A DNA stretch of 64,000 nt from Gnetum montanum (taxonomy: Eukaryota > Plantae > Gnetophyta): the NCBI GenBank assembly GCA_015680685.1, contig MNCI01003240.1, positions 889,938-953,937 of the forward strand, written 5' to 3'. Under the pieces are notes generated by a model. It saw nothing but the letters and a program-made list of their open reading frames with translations, did no database searches and was not told the DNA's origin. Below, one piece after another: positions 39,643 through 51,716 of this stretch. Each line of letters begins with the position of its first letter. The stretch's first letter is position 1. The position numbers and the translations under genes were made by a program.

Positions 39643-41403
39643 GATCCATCTTGTAAGTTTGTCACCAATAAGTGTTCTTCATGATGGTATGAACTGTGTT
39701 TCTATTGATTGCTAATGTTTGATTTTTACCTTTAAGTTATGATGTTGATACTAAGGTATGTTTCTTTCGATATGGCAGGCAATGAGTTCACTGCATCCAT
39801 TCATCCACCAGTTTCTATGGTCTCGCTCTGCTTGGAAATGTACAGGCCTTTTCTAATAAGAACTTTAATGAATCGATGACTGGGCATTTCTCAAACTAAG
39901 GAAGGACTTAGAGATTGAAAAGGGTGTGACTTCAAGGGAACTTGATGCATTTGTGTTGGCCATTCTCTTGGGTGCTTGGATGTTTTCTTCTTGAGTTTTT
40001 CTACCATTTCGATGTTATCCAATTATCAAGAAGCTGAGCAATAAAAATAAGAAGTCTTTGCATGGTGTGGTTCTCATGCATAAAAACACAAAACACAAAA
40101 ACAAAAAAAAAGAAAAGAAAAAAGAAGAAGAAGAAAAAAAAATAGTGAAAATTCAAAGCACATCCCTTAGATAGAATAATCATTTGGGCTACAAGCACTG
40201 GTTATGGAACTAAAAATGTTTCCTCTAACTAAGGCCCTTCTCGCTTCCCATTCTCTTCTTTTTTGTTTCATCGGAATGGTGGTGCCTCTTGGGTGAAGGA
40301 ATTCTTGTTACTTCAAGAGGATGGATTAGCCGAATGCATTAATGTGAAGTCACTGGATGTGGTTGGTTTGAGGCTGGAGTTGGAATGGGATTTGCTAAGT
40401 CACATTAATCATGAAACACATAAGGGGTTGTACACCACCTTGTTCTTGGGATTCCATTCCATTCTCTTCTCTCCATCCTTCTCTCCATTGTTTACCTCAT
40501 TGCCAGTGTATCATTAGTGTATATCTTGGTAGATGCATTGTTTTCTTTTTGGTAAGTTCTTGCAGTTAAGACTTTAAATCTTGTTCCAAATGACATTCCC
40601 AGAGCCTACGAACTCTTTGAATGTGGGGTTGTTAGGGCATTAAGGGCATGAGCCTGCTTGGGGGAGGACCCACTGACATTCCTATTTGGGACACTAGTTA
40701 AATTCTTTTCCTTAACATTTTTTGCAATCTATTTTATTTTGTTCATTTCCATCCTAACATCCATTTCATCGATGTCATAGTTGTCCATTTTTATATATCT
40801 TTCTTATTACTTTTCTTTCTCCATTCTAATGCTACTGGAGGTTCACAATTAGTCATGGGGGTACGGGGCCCAATTTTTTCGATTTTCTCCTAACCCCTAC
40901 ACCTTCGGTAGTCATCATTTCTATATCTCCAAATCTGCAATCAGCCATGCCACAACTCAGCCAATGGACTTACACCAAAGCAAGGTATCAATGACATTGA
41001 AATTCATCTACCCTTGCTAATATAAGATTGTGTTGTGTGTGCAGATGGCAATCGTACAACAACGGATTGGATCTGGAGGGAACACTTGGAATGGAGTGAT
41101 GCTGAAACAACTATGCAAGGAGAAAGATCAATGGTGCGCTTATGGATGGACAATGAAAAGCATAATCTTGGCATTGGCAGTAGCGACACTTCTTTCTCTC
41201 TCTCTTTCTCAACTACAAAATGAGGCTTGATGTCAATGTAATAAGGTGTTCACTCTTGTTGTCATGAACACTGATTTTGTTGTCTTGTAATGATGATCCG
41301 TTCACATGTCATCCCATTAGTTCCATTTGAGTCAATAATCCCATACCTTCCAGATATTTTTGTAAGGAACTCGAGGACAAGTTTTCATTTAGTCATGGGG
41401 GTA

Positions 41404-42260
41404 TGATGGGTCACGATATCGCATACACGATATTGCGGTCGTCGCGATATTGCATCCCTCGCGATATTGCGTACGTCATATCGCGTCTTCCCTTGCGATA
41501 TTGTGTACGTGATATCACGATGTGCCATCATATATATCAATAAGAGGTGGGTCTCCCTTGTTTCCCATCCTAGGCTTAGACCATAGTGAAACTTTGGCAG
41601 ATTGATCACTCCAAAGATAGAATATTTGCCATGTGCCCGCAGTAGGAGTCCTAAAGTGAACGAATCTTTATTCGAGAAAACATTGTACCTAAATAAAAGT
41701 TTTTGTACGGTTATAAAGATGAGCTGCTTGGATAAACCTTGCAGTGCATGGAATAGGCTAATTAGGATTTATTCATTGTTATTTACTATTTTCCATTTAA
41801 GTGCTTTATTAGAAATTAAATCTTTCTCAACTCTTCTCTCCTAGTTAAGTGCCTCAGTACGACCACTTCGAGCATGTGCGTTATGCATGATGATCCCAAC
41901 AATGACTAGCATTTGGTAACCATGGTTGCATTGGTTCAGGGTGTGAATAGTAAGTGGGAATGGATGCTGACACTAGGTTAATTTAGACTTAGTTAGTTAG
42001 TTAGAGTTAGTAATTAGTCTCTTCAACCCTTCACCTCAATAGCATAGAATATAAAACATAAAAAGATATAAAAATCATATACCTCAGACTTACTTAATCG
42101 TACATCATGACAAATACAAGTAAGTCTGGGAAGAGAACGAATAATTAACCTTAAGTGTTCCATGAGGCATGTAGGCACTTAGTCTGCGTAGTTCAACCGG
42201 ATCGCGCATGTTACGCTTGTATTCGTATGGTTGAGTGTAGGGGTACCTCGCCACTCATCA
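41404..42260 (+). repeat. 3' LTR of the Athila-like element
   Basis: TGATGGG...CTCATCA, after the PPT and followed by TSD ACCTC. Confidence 0.93.
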
Positions 42261-43011
42261 ACCTCAAAATAAAATTAATGGTTGTAGAGAACTATGTGTT
42301 TTGGGTTAACATAGACTTTAAATTTTACAATATTACATCTTAAGAGTTTAATAGCTAGTTGCATTTTAGGAAAAATATTTAGCCCTCCTTTTACTCTATT
42401 TAGTAAGCAACAAATTTTCCAGCTATATTAGAATTAGTTAGTTTACATAATCTAGATCATGTGGTACTTATACTAATTTTCCTTTCATCTAATGCTTAAG
42501 TACAATTCGAAAAATCGGTTACCAATCTTCCCTAGAGAAACATTCTATGAGAAATATTGAAAAATAGAGATAGATTCAATGGATTTTGAAAAGTATGATA
42601 GTAAAATTGCATAAAATCTTAAATATTAAGATGAGCTATTATTGACATGAGTAAATACTTTGGAATATAATGCTTTTCAAATTGGTCAACAATGCCAAAA
42701 ACTACTAAAACTTTGGCTCATAGAAGCATTTATCAATTCCAAGAAACAAATAATAAAGCACACTATGATCTTAACTACTAGCTAATAAAATTTGATAAAG
42801 AAAAGAAAATAAAAATAACTCACTAACTAGAAGTAAACAAGTTGAATCAAATTTAAACATTTAAAGAGTTATTATATCTTCTTAAAAAAATATGCTTTGG
42901 GCTTTTTACAGTCGCCTCTGGTAGTTACAATCATTATGAGAGTTTAAAGTTATAATTGCCTCACATTCTACTCATATAACTATAAATCGTTAGAGTTTAA
43001 ACAAATTCTTT

Positions 43012-44900
43012 TCATCTTTGAATTTGGAACCCTTCCACTAATAACTCCTGCATTAGCTTCCCATGATCAAGAATAACTTTAATGTTTTGACTCATCATGT
43101 CTAGTTTAGCACTATTAAGTCCTTTGATAATGTTAGCAGCTCCTACGTTACCTAAATCCAAATATATTATTGAATTGGTTATTTCTATTAGCATAGCTCT
43201 TGCATTAGAACAAGCATGTTTTAAATAATGTTTCTTTTTAGTTGTTTCACCTACAATTCTTGTAAGTGTCATTATCATCATATCCAAGAACCCCTATTTG
43301 TACTTTCTTTTCACTCTGACTAGATCATATAGCTCCTAGGATCTTCTCTCCATTTCTACAAAAATAGATTATATTCCTTTGATTTCTACAATCTCTTCTT
43401 TAGTGTCTTGTACCCATTTTTTTATTGTAATTAACTTTGGTAATTACATCTTTGAAATATGATAGAGTTAGGTATGAATAATCTAGAGATTTTTCTTTTT
43501 TGGCCTATTCTAATTAAGAGTTGGTAATAGCTAATATTTCCTCTATCCAAATTACTTCTTGCTTCTTATTTTCTAGTAATGATTCCTTAATGGTTATCAT
43601 TTCTTTCAACTATTCATTCTCCTCTCTTAGATCCTTCATTTCCTATCATGACTTGGATGTTTCTTGTTCATTTTGCAACAAAAACTCTTTAAGTTTAGCT
43701 ATTTGACCATCATCTATTTGTCCCATACTCTTGATTAGAGTAGCTATGGTTTCCAACATGTCTTCATGTGAAATCACAAGCTTCTGCTTTCTTGTTTGTG
43801 GATCATCTCCTTTACATTGGAAGATGACACTAGCTTCTATCTTAGGCTTAGTTGGAAGCTTTTGGATTAATATAATTCTTCTTTCCTTTTCCTTGATCCT
43901 GAAAGATCATGCTACTCCTTTCATAATGTATATTAAATGAAAATAGAGGGTCATAGGGATATATGATGAACTTTCTTCTTACTTTTGTTGTTGTTGCTGT
44001 AGCTATAGCTTTGTCATTTTTTGCTACTTTAGTAGCTATTGCTATTATAGCTCTTTTAACCTTTGTTTCTCTTGTAGTTGCTATTGTTGTTGCTTCTTCT
44101 TGACCTTGGCTTGTTCATCTCTAGCCTTTTTCATGGCTCTAACTCTTGCATATTTAGCTTTAATAAGAGGAAACGTCTCATCGAACATTACATTTTCTAG
44201 CTCTAGCATGTTCTAAGAAAAATAATTCTTCTCCATTTGAGCTAAGCACTCCTTTGAGAAATCTCTGGCCAAAGGATGATCTCTATCTTTAATAAATTTA
44301 CATACATTAATAATTGATACATCACAAGCTACAACTAAGAACTTCATTGATAGGCTCTTCTTTAGTTATGTTGGAGCTTTCTCTTTAGCCTAGTTAACCT
44401 CCCTGCCAGTAGCTCTAAGATAGACTACATCAATATTATCTTATTGATGAATATTTCTAGTCTTAAAAGTGAAGTATATTCTCTTTGAAGATAGAGAAGA
44501 ATTGCATTTTTCCTAATATCTTTTGGTCATGGCTCTCAAATGCTTGAATTAATAAACTTCCAAAAGCCAAATTTAAGAGGGAAAACCTCCTTATGCTTAT
44601 AGTTGTATCACAGAGGGTTCTACCATATCTAATGCCCAACTTCTAAGGATTCCATGTAAGGATCCAAAAACCTTAGTATCATGAAGGCCTTTTCCTTAAA
44701 ACCTGATATGAGGATTTGAGTATAATAAATATGTAGAAAGATAGCTCTATGGCAGTATGTGTTATTTTAATAATAACTTTCTAATTGACCCTTGGTGAAA
44801 AAGCTCCTAAAATAGACTTTATTAAATGGTGGGAAACACAATTCATCAAAATTGCACTTATTAGAGGCTTACATGGCAAGGTATGTTAAGAATCTATTTT
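43012..44900 (-). pseudogene. Accessory (env-position) ORF of the Tat-like family, copy 2: C-terminal coiled-coil-like part present, N-terminus apparently deleted
   Basis: FLDPYMESLEVG..YNYKHKEVFPLKFGFWKF..KDRDHPLARDFSKE, then Q/A/K/E-rich and heptad-like regions. Stop at 43012 is about 100 bp before the PPT and LTR. Confidence 0.72.
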
Positions 44901-44981
44901 AGATATGAATTCTTTGGCTCTTCAAAATTTTTAACTTTTTAATGCTAATGTGGTAGAGCTAAATTGTGAGCTTGTTGCAAA

Positions 44982-45677
44982 GCCATATTTTGGTTCTATG
45001 AATTCATTCTATGAAGGAGCTAACATAGCACATAGAAAGATTCTAATCATAGGTTCATAGAACCTATTTTTGGTTTTATCAAGTTAGCTCCTTTAAGATG
45101 AAAAGATTCATGGGGTTAAAAGATGGTTCTGCAGGAAACTCACATTTTAACTTTTCCACGACAACTCCTTTGTAGAACAATCATATAAGCTAATTTTGGT
45201 TCTACGAACAAGCTTAAAACCAATTCTATAATCCATGTCATCAAAGAATATTAAAATAAGTTTACATGTAGAACCAGAATTCAACTCTACAAATAGACAA
45301 AAAATTGTTTCTACCATGTTAGCTTCATCACATGGTAAAGGATTTCATAGAGCCAAAACGTAGTTCTACAAAATGGCTCTACCACATAATATTCCTAGTT
45401 AGCATGTGTTCTTAGAATCAAGATATGGTTCTAATAAGTAAAGATAAAATGGTTCTATAGGCCACATCATTATTCCAAGGAATGTACAAAGTAGAGTGTT
45501 AGTTGTAGAACAAAAATTTGGTTCTACAAGTAAGCATGTAACTGATTCTATCTTATCAACTCTTTTGTGAAGTGGCTTCATAAAACCAAAAATAGGTTCT
45601 ATGAACCTATGATTAGAATATTTCTATGAGCTATGTTAGCTCCTTCATAGAATAAATTCATAGAACCAAAATCTGGT
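44982..45677. repeat. About 98-bp near-perfect inverted repeat (44982-45079 and 45580-45677) bracketing a TAGAACC/GGTTCTA motif array
   Basis: The reverse complement of arm 1 matches arm 2 (ataaaaccaaaaataggttctatgaacctatgattagaat..ctatgttagctccttcatagaat..) with about 5 mismatches. Confidence 0.92.
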
Positions 45678-46049
45678 TGCTTAGTTCAATCTTATCATGT
45701 GAGTATATGGATCTTTAAAATTTGTGAGATATCACACAAGAATGTTTGAATCTTTATTGAGTAGAAACTTAAGACTTAAGCCCTACTCCATTAATGGCTG
45801 AAATATCACAACTTAAGACTTATCCTTGTCATTTTTAACTATGTTCTAAACTCAAGATTTTCTTAGATAATGGAGAATTAGCTACACTTCATTATATAAC
45901 TAAGGATCTTGAAAATTTCTTACCATCATAACAACTATCGTAGACACTTATTAAATTTTCACTAATATTATTTATTAACTTTCAAAACAAACCAATATTT
46001 AGATATTTAGTCTCTAATTTACCTCAATTCTATTAGGCATTAGATGGTA

Positions 46050-49000
46050 ACCCAAATTAGTGCTTGAGATGGATGACATTAGATGGAAAATTTAGTTCAG
46101 TTCCATCCATTATGGATATCTTATAGATATTATCCAACACTTGTTTCTTGATAATGAATGGGCTTGTTCATTTGGTAGAAAATTTGTTATGATCATTTCT
46201 TCTTCTTTTATTCAATAGCAACACTAGGTCACCTACTTTGAATGTCCTTTTTAGAGATTTTCTATTGAACCATCTTTTAATTTGCAATGCATTTATTAAA
46301 AAAATCTCTTTGGCTTTATTAATCGCTACTTCTCTCTTGATAAGCAAAGATATTAAACTTCTATCTTTATTTGCCTTTTCATTGTACTTCTGTACAAATT
46401 TTGATGTTGATGTTTTGATCTTATTGGTAATTCTCATAGCCATTCCATAAACTAGATTATAGTATGAGGTCCCTATAGATTACTTAATCCATATGTGATT
46501 TGTCCATAAAGCAAATCATTGGTAATTATGCTATTTTCCTGACTTTCTTTCCATTGATCTTTTTATATAGGAAATAAGTTTTTTATTTGTAGATTCAGCT
46601 AATCCGTTTCCTTGAGGGTAAAAATTTAATAAGGCGAATTATTAAAATAGATTTCTTTGAAGCCCAAACTATAAATTTTTCAGATTGAAATACAGGGTCA
46701 TTATCTGATACTAATACTTTTGGCACACCAAAATAAGTTAAGATATGATCTTCAAGAAATATTATTACATTTGAAGTTGAACATTTCTTTAAAGATTTTG
46801 CTTCTATCTACTTGGTAAAATAATATGTATTTGTAAGTATAAACCTATGTTTAGCTTTTGAGGGAGTGACTACTTCGATTAAATCTAAGTCCCATTGTTG
46901 AAATGATCTCTCTACAACTACTGGTTTTAGAGAAGAACTAACTTTCTTAATTTTTAGCCCACGGATTTGACATTTGAAAAAACATTAAATCTATAAGGTA
47001 ATATCTTGATACATGCTAGGAAAATAAAAATTGTAGCATAATATGTGTTTCATAGTAGACTTAGATGAATCATCAAATAAGTTTACATGGTCATGAAATA
47101 CGTCCAATACAACCTTAATGTGATCATTTCTAACAGACTCCAATAGAACATCTTTGAAAACTTTTCTATTAAAGATTCCATATTTCCTCACAAACTTATT
47201 TGTCTTTTTAAGAAAAGCCCTTCTTTGACTTGTAGTGAAATTATTTGAGACTTTTTTTAAAGTAAGGAATTCTAAAATTTTGTCATACAAATTTTCATTA
47301 TTAGAATTTAATACATAAATTTCAGCCTCTTTGGCCATTAATTTAGCTAAACCAATTTCATTAACTATTTTGCATAATTCTAATAAAAATTTGAATTGTT
47401 GAAGCTTAGCAATCTAATTTCTTCTTTTCAATCCAATTTCATTTTGAACTAAAAATTGCTTAACAAGGGGCTTTGTTATCATGATATGGATTAAAGTGCT
47501 ATTGAAATAATATGAAATGTACTATCATTGTAATAATGGAATATGCTTATTTTACTAAACCTGAATAAATTAACTCAAAATCATTGAGATGATAACCAAA
47601 GAACTTGATTGGTTCATCTTGGTTAATTTTCCTCTAAGTTAATATGTGAGAAGATTCTTCCTTCCATGGTAGCCACATGTGTGAATAATTTGTTGATATA
47701 TATCTAGAAAAATGTTTACTCTAACTTTGACATAGCAAGAGACTATATGAATTTGGGATATTGTCTACTTGGATGATTATTCTACTCCTAACATGAGGTT
47801 CTAAGGCAATTTGAAGTAAAGCATTTGGTAGTTGTCCCATATTTTTTACTTTGCTTTTATCTACTTGAGCAATTTTCTTGTTGGACTATCCAAGTAATCA
47901 TCTCAATTGATTATAGATAGATAATAGCATAATAGGTGATGTAACTCCTAAATCAACTAAAAAATTATACAAATATTTTCCATTTAATTTCATTTTTAGA
48001 GGAAAAGGGAGTGCGTATTCATTAAGAGTACAAGGATATTTAAGTTATACTATTGTATCTTCATTACAAACATAGCTTAGTTTAGATTCTCCAACCTTCT
48101 TCTTAGCTTTAACTAATTATAAAAATTTCTTTTGTTGAATTCTCATTTGTAGTATCCAGTATATGCTAATGTTTGCTTTGACATATTTTAGATCCTCTGT
48201 TAAGTCATATTATCCATCACCATAAAATCTTGACTTCCCAAAACATTTGTTAGATGATTGATTTTGGGGATTTTGTTCAATCTATATAATTTTCATTTTC
48301 ATTTGTTTTGAAAGCTTTTCTTTTAGTAGTAGGTTCAAGGATAAAATTTGGAGGCTTGGATGTAGTTAATTTTTCATTTAACCTTAACTTGTATTTATAC
48401 CCATCATTATTATTGCATTTCTCATCTAAAGATAAATATTCCTCCAAACTTGCTAATGAGGAAATTTCACTTGATTCACTTTCAAAAGATTTGATAACAT
48501 AATGAATACCACATGGTTGACCACTAAATTTGATGTCAAGAAAATTTAAGATGGCCACGTTATTATCATCTTTAGAATTTATTAATTTGGTATCTTGATG
48601 TTTATGTTTTCTATGGTTCTTTTCTTATTTGATGTTAACTTTAGCTAATGATTTTTCTAACTTGACTAATTTGTTGGACAATACTTTCATTAACTTTTCT
48701 TTTTTAGAGTCTTCATTTTTCTGATCTTGATCATTATTAATAGCAAAGGGAAATGCTTTAAACTTAGCTATATTTTGCATAGAAACTAATAGTTTTTGCT
48801 CACCTTTTGGTATTTGAATAATGTCTTCATTGGCTAAGTTTAATTATTTTTCTAATTTGACAACCTTTTAAAGAAATCTTTTAAAGTTAGCACATTTGAA
48901 GTTCTTCTTAGCTAGATTGAAATATTTGCATTGATGACATTTAAATATGTGTCTCTAAGAACTTCATTCAAGGGTCTATATTACCTTTGAAATAATCCTC

Positions 49001-49628
49001 AAATTCAATGGAATTTAGTGTTAAATTCCCTAATTAATTCTTTAGACTTGGCCTAAACTAATCCACAATATAGCTGATCTTGATCGATTTGGTTACTGAA
49101 TTGAACTAAGAATAGATTTTTCATGTCATCCTAGCTAGTGATACTATTATTTGGGAAGTTAGAATACCAAATTTGAGCCATGTCTCTTAATTTTGCTACA
49201 AATAACATACAAGCTTGATCTTGTTGTTGAACGTTTGCCTAAGATAAAGCTAATTCAAACAAATGAACATATTCTTGAGCTAAGGAAGCTTTTCTAGGGA
49301 TATATGGCTTGGGTAAACATTTATAAACTACCTTAGGAATATCATTGTAATTTGGGAATCTCAACAATGTGGTTCCTTGCCAAGGATTTACTAGTGATGG
49401 ATTTTCCATTTTCAAACTTCTTTTAGTTATCAAACTTTTAAAATTTCCTTACTTTACCTTAAGAACTGGTAAGCTAGAGAGAAGAGGTGTTCTTCTAGTT
49501 TTAATTCCATTGTTTTTCCTTGATTCTAAAAAATTTTGTTCTTCTCTCTCTAGTCAATAAATAGTCTTATACTTAGAGTATTCATTAGGACTTCCATATT
49601 CTTTAGATTTATTAGATTATTCAGTCAT
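46050..49628 (-). pseudogene. Tat-like gypsy gag-protease-RNase H-integrase pseudogene with the extra RNase H and RT deleted
   Basis: ATG at 49628; gag KVVYKCLPK..AQEYVHLFE; protease LNGKYLYNFLVDLGVTSPIM; RNase H DEPIKFFGYHLND; integrase STMKHILCYNFYFPSM, FGVPKVLVSDN, YPQGNGLAESTNK, RTFKVGDLVL. Confidence 0.88.
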
Positions 49629-49654
49629 GAACAGGGTAGTAGCTATTTGGTTAC

Positions 49655-49673
49655 CCTACTTCTTGTACTAAAA
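49655..49673 (-). promoter_or_regulatory. Degenerate primer-binding site, possibly tRNA-Asn type
   Basis: Minus strand tagtacaagaagtaggg versus TGGCGCTAGAAGGAGGG (12/17), immediately after the LTR end and just before the gag ATG. Confidence 0.45.
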
Positions 49674-49678
49674 AGAAT

Positions 49679-50553
49679 TGTTGGTGATAACTTTGGACTA
49701 CCACTATTCTCTTATTTCTTCCCTAGTGATAAGGAACTAATGATGGGAAAGGCTCTACTTAACACCAATGTTTATCTTCTCATTGTAATAAAAATTACAA
49801 GGGTGAGAGTTCCTTCAAAACTTGAGTTTAGGTGTTTGTTGGTCTCTGGAAACACCAAGGCCTGAAGCTCCAAATAAACTCAATAGTTGTAGAAAACTAT
49901 GTATTTTGGATTACCATAAGCTCTTAATTTCATAATATTACATCTTAAGAGTTTTAATGGCTAGTTTCACTTTAGTGAAAAGATTTAGCCCCCTTTTACT
50001 CTATTTAGTAAGCAACAAAGTTTCTAGCTATATTAGAACTACTTATTCTACATAATTTAGATCATGTAGTACTTATATTAATTTTCCTTTCATGTAAAGC
50101 TTAAGTAAAAATTGACAAATTTTTTACCAATCTTTCCTAGAGAAAAATTCTATGAGAAATACTGGAAAATAAAGCAAGATTCAATGGATTTTGAAAAGTA
50201 TGACTATAAAATTACATAAAATCTTAAACATTAAGATGAGCTATTATTAACGTAAGTAAACACTTTGGAAAATAAATATGTTCAAATCAGTCAACAATAC
50301 CAAACATTACGAAACACTTGGCTGAAACAAGAAATTTATCAATTCTAAGAAATAAATTGTAAAGAATACTATGATCTAAATTACTAGCTAAGAAACTTTG
50401 ATAAAGCAAAGAAAATAAAAATAACTTACGAAATACAAGTAAATAGGTTGAATCAAATTTGAAATTTCAAAGAGGAATTATATAAGAATTGATTACTCCT
50501 AGCTTCCTCTCTTTTCAAGGTATCTCAAACAAAACTACTATGGGATTTTTATA
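49679..50553 (-). mobile_element. Central LTR shared by two tandem Tat-like units
   Basis: Direct repeat of the split LTR at 35196/42266-42910. On the minus strand it is preceded by PPT-like ctactagaggctac and followed by PBS and gag. Confidence 0.8.
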
Positions 50554-50659
50554 GTAGCCTCTAGTAGTTGTAATCATTATAAGAGTTTAAAGCTATAGTT
50601 ACCTCATGTTCTACTCATATAACTATAAACTATTTAATAACTATTCAACTAATAAACAC

Positions 50660-51716
50660 ATTCTTCTTATCTTTTGACTTTAGAACCCTTCCATTGATAA
50701 CTCCTACATTAGTTTCTCATGATTGAGAAAAAACTTTAATGGATTAATTCATCACATCTAGTTTAGTGCTATTAAGTCCTTTGATAATGTCCTTAGTTTC
50801 TAGCTTGCCCAAATTTGATTCTGTTATTGAATTGGTTATTCTTATTAGCATAACTCCCACATTAAAACAAGCCTATTTCAAATCATGGTTCTTTTTGGCT
50901 ATTTTACACATAATTCCTGTATCTACCATCATTATTATATCGAATAATTCCTATTTGTGTGGTGGTAGTACTTCTCTTTTCACTCTAGCTAGGTCATATA
51001 GCTCCTGGGCTGTTCTTTCCATTTCTACAAAAATAGATTATTTTCCTTTGATTTCCACAATTTCTTCTTTAGTGTATCATGCCCATTCTCTATTGTAATT
51101 TTCTTCATTAATTCATCTCTAAAATCTAGTAGAGTTAGCCATGAATAATCTATAGGTTTTTTCCATTTTTTTATGTTTCAATTCAAATGTTGTGATAGTT
51201 TATCTTTCCTTCCTTTGAACTACTTCTTGCTCAATTTCCAGTAATGATTCCTTATTTTCTAGTAATGATTCCTTGAAAGATCGTGCTACTCCTTTCATCA
51301 AGTATCCTAAAGGAAAATTAAGAATAGTAGTTATAGACAATCATCTTTCTTCTTCCTTGTATTATTATTGCTGTAGTTAGAGCTTTGTCATTTTCTACTA
51401 CTCTAGTAGTTGCTATTGTTGTAGCTCTTGTAATTGCTATTTGTTGTTGCTTCTTCTTAGCCTTAGCTTGCTCAATTCTAGGCTTTCTCATGACTCTGAC
51501 TCTTGCATATTGAGCTTCATTACGAGGAAACTTTTGATTAGGTATTACATTCTTTAGCTCTAGCAGGTTCCAAAATAATAAAAAAAATTCTCCTTCATTT
51601 GAGTTCAGAAATCCTTTGAGAAATCTCTAGCTAAAGGATGATTTCTATCTTTCATCCATATGTATACTTTAATAACTAGTGCATCACAAGCTATAGCTAA
51701 TAACTTCATTGATAGG
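50660..51716 (-). pseudogene. Accessory ORF copy 3 (3' end of the upstream tandem unit), interrupted by an Ogre/Tat-like element
   Basis: Colinear with 43012-44354 (KDRNHPLARDFSKDF versus KDRDHPLARDFSKE); homology stops at acttcattgatagg. Confidence 0.8.

Larger units (their letters stand above)
35389..42260 (+). mobile_element. Complete non-autonomous Athila-like LTR retrotransposon encoding only gag and protease (TR-GAG-like)
   Basis: LTRs at 35389-36237 and 41404-42260; 5-bp TSD ACCTC (35384-35388 and 42261-42265); PBS tggcgccattgctagaga; PPT ttagtcatggggg. No RT, RNase H or integrase motifs seen. Confidence 0.93.
35196..42910 (-). mobile_element. 3' LTR of the minus-strand Tat-like element (35196-35388 plus 42266-42910), split by the Athila-like insertion
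   Basis: With the insertion removed it is colinear with 49679-50553. Minus-strand start tgtaaaaagccc follows PPT-like ctaccagaggcgac; it ends ..tcatcaaca. Confidence 0.8.

Noticed and set aside
44982-45677. MITE or Mutator-like element with 98-bp TIRs
   Set aside because: No TSD found, and the arms consist of the host element's own motif array; kept only as an inverted repeat.
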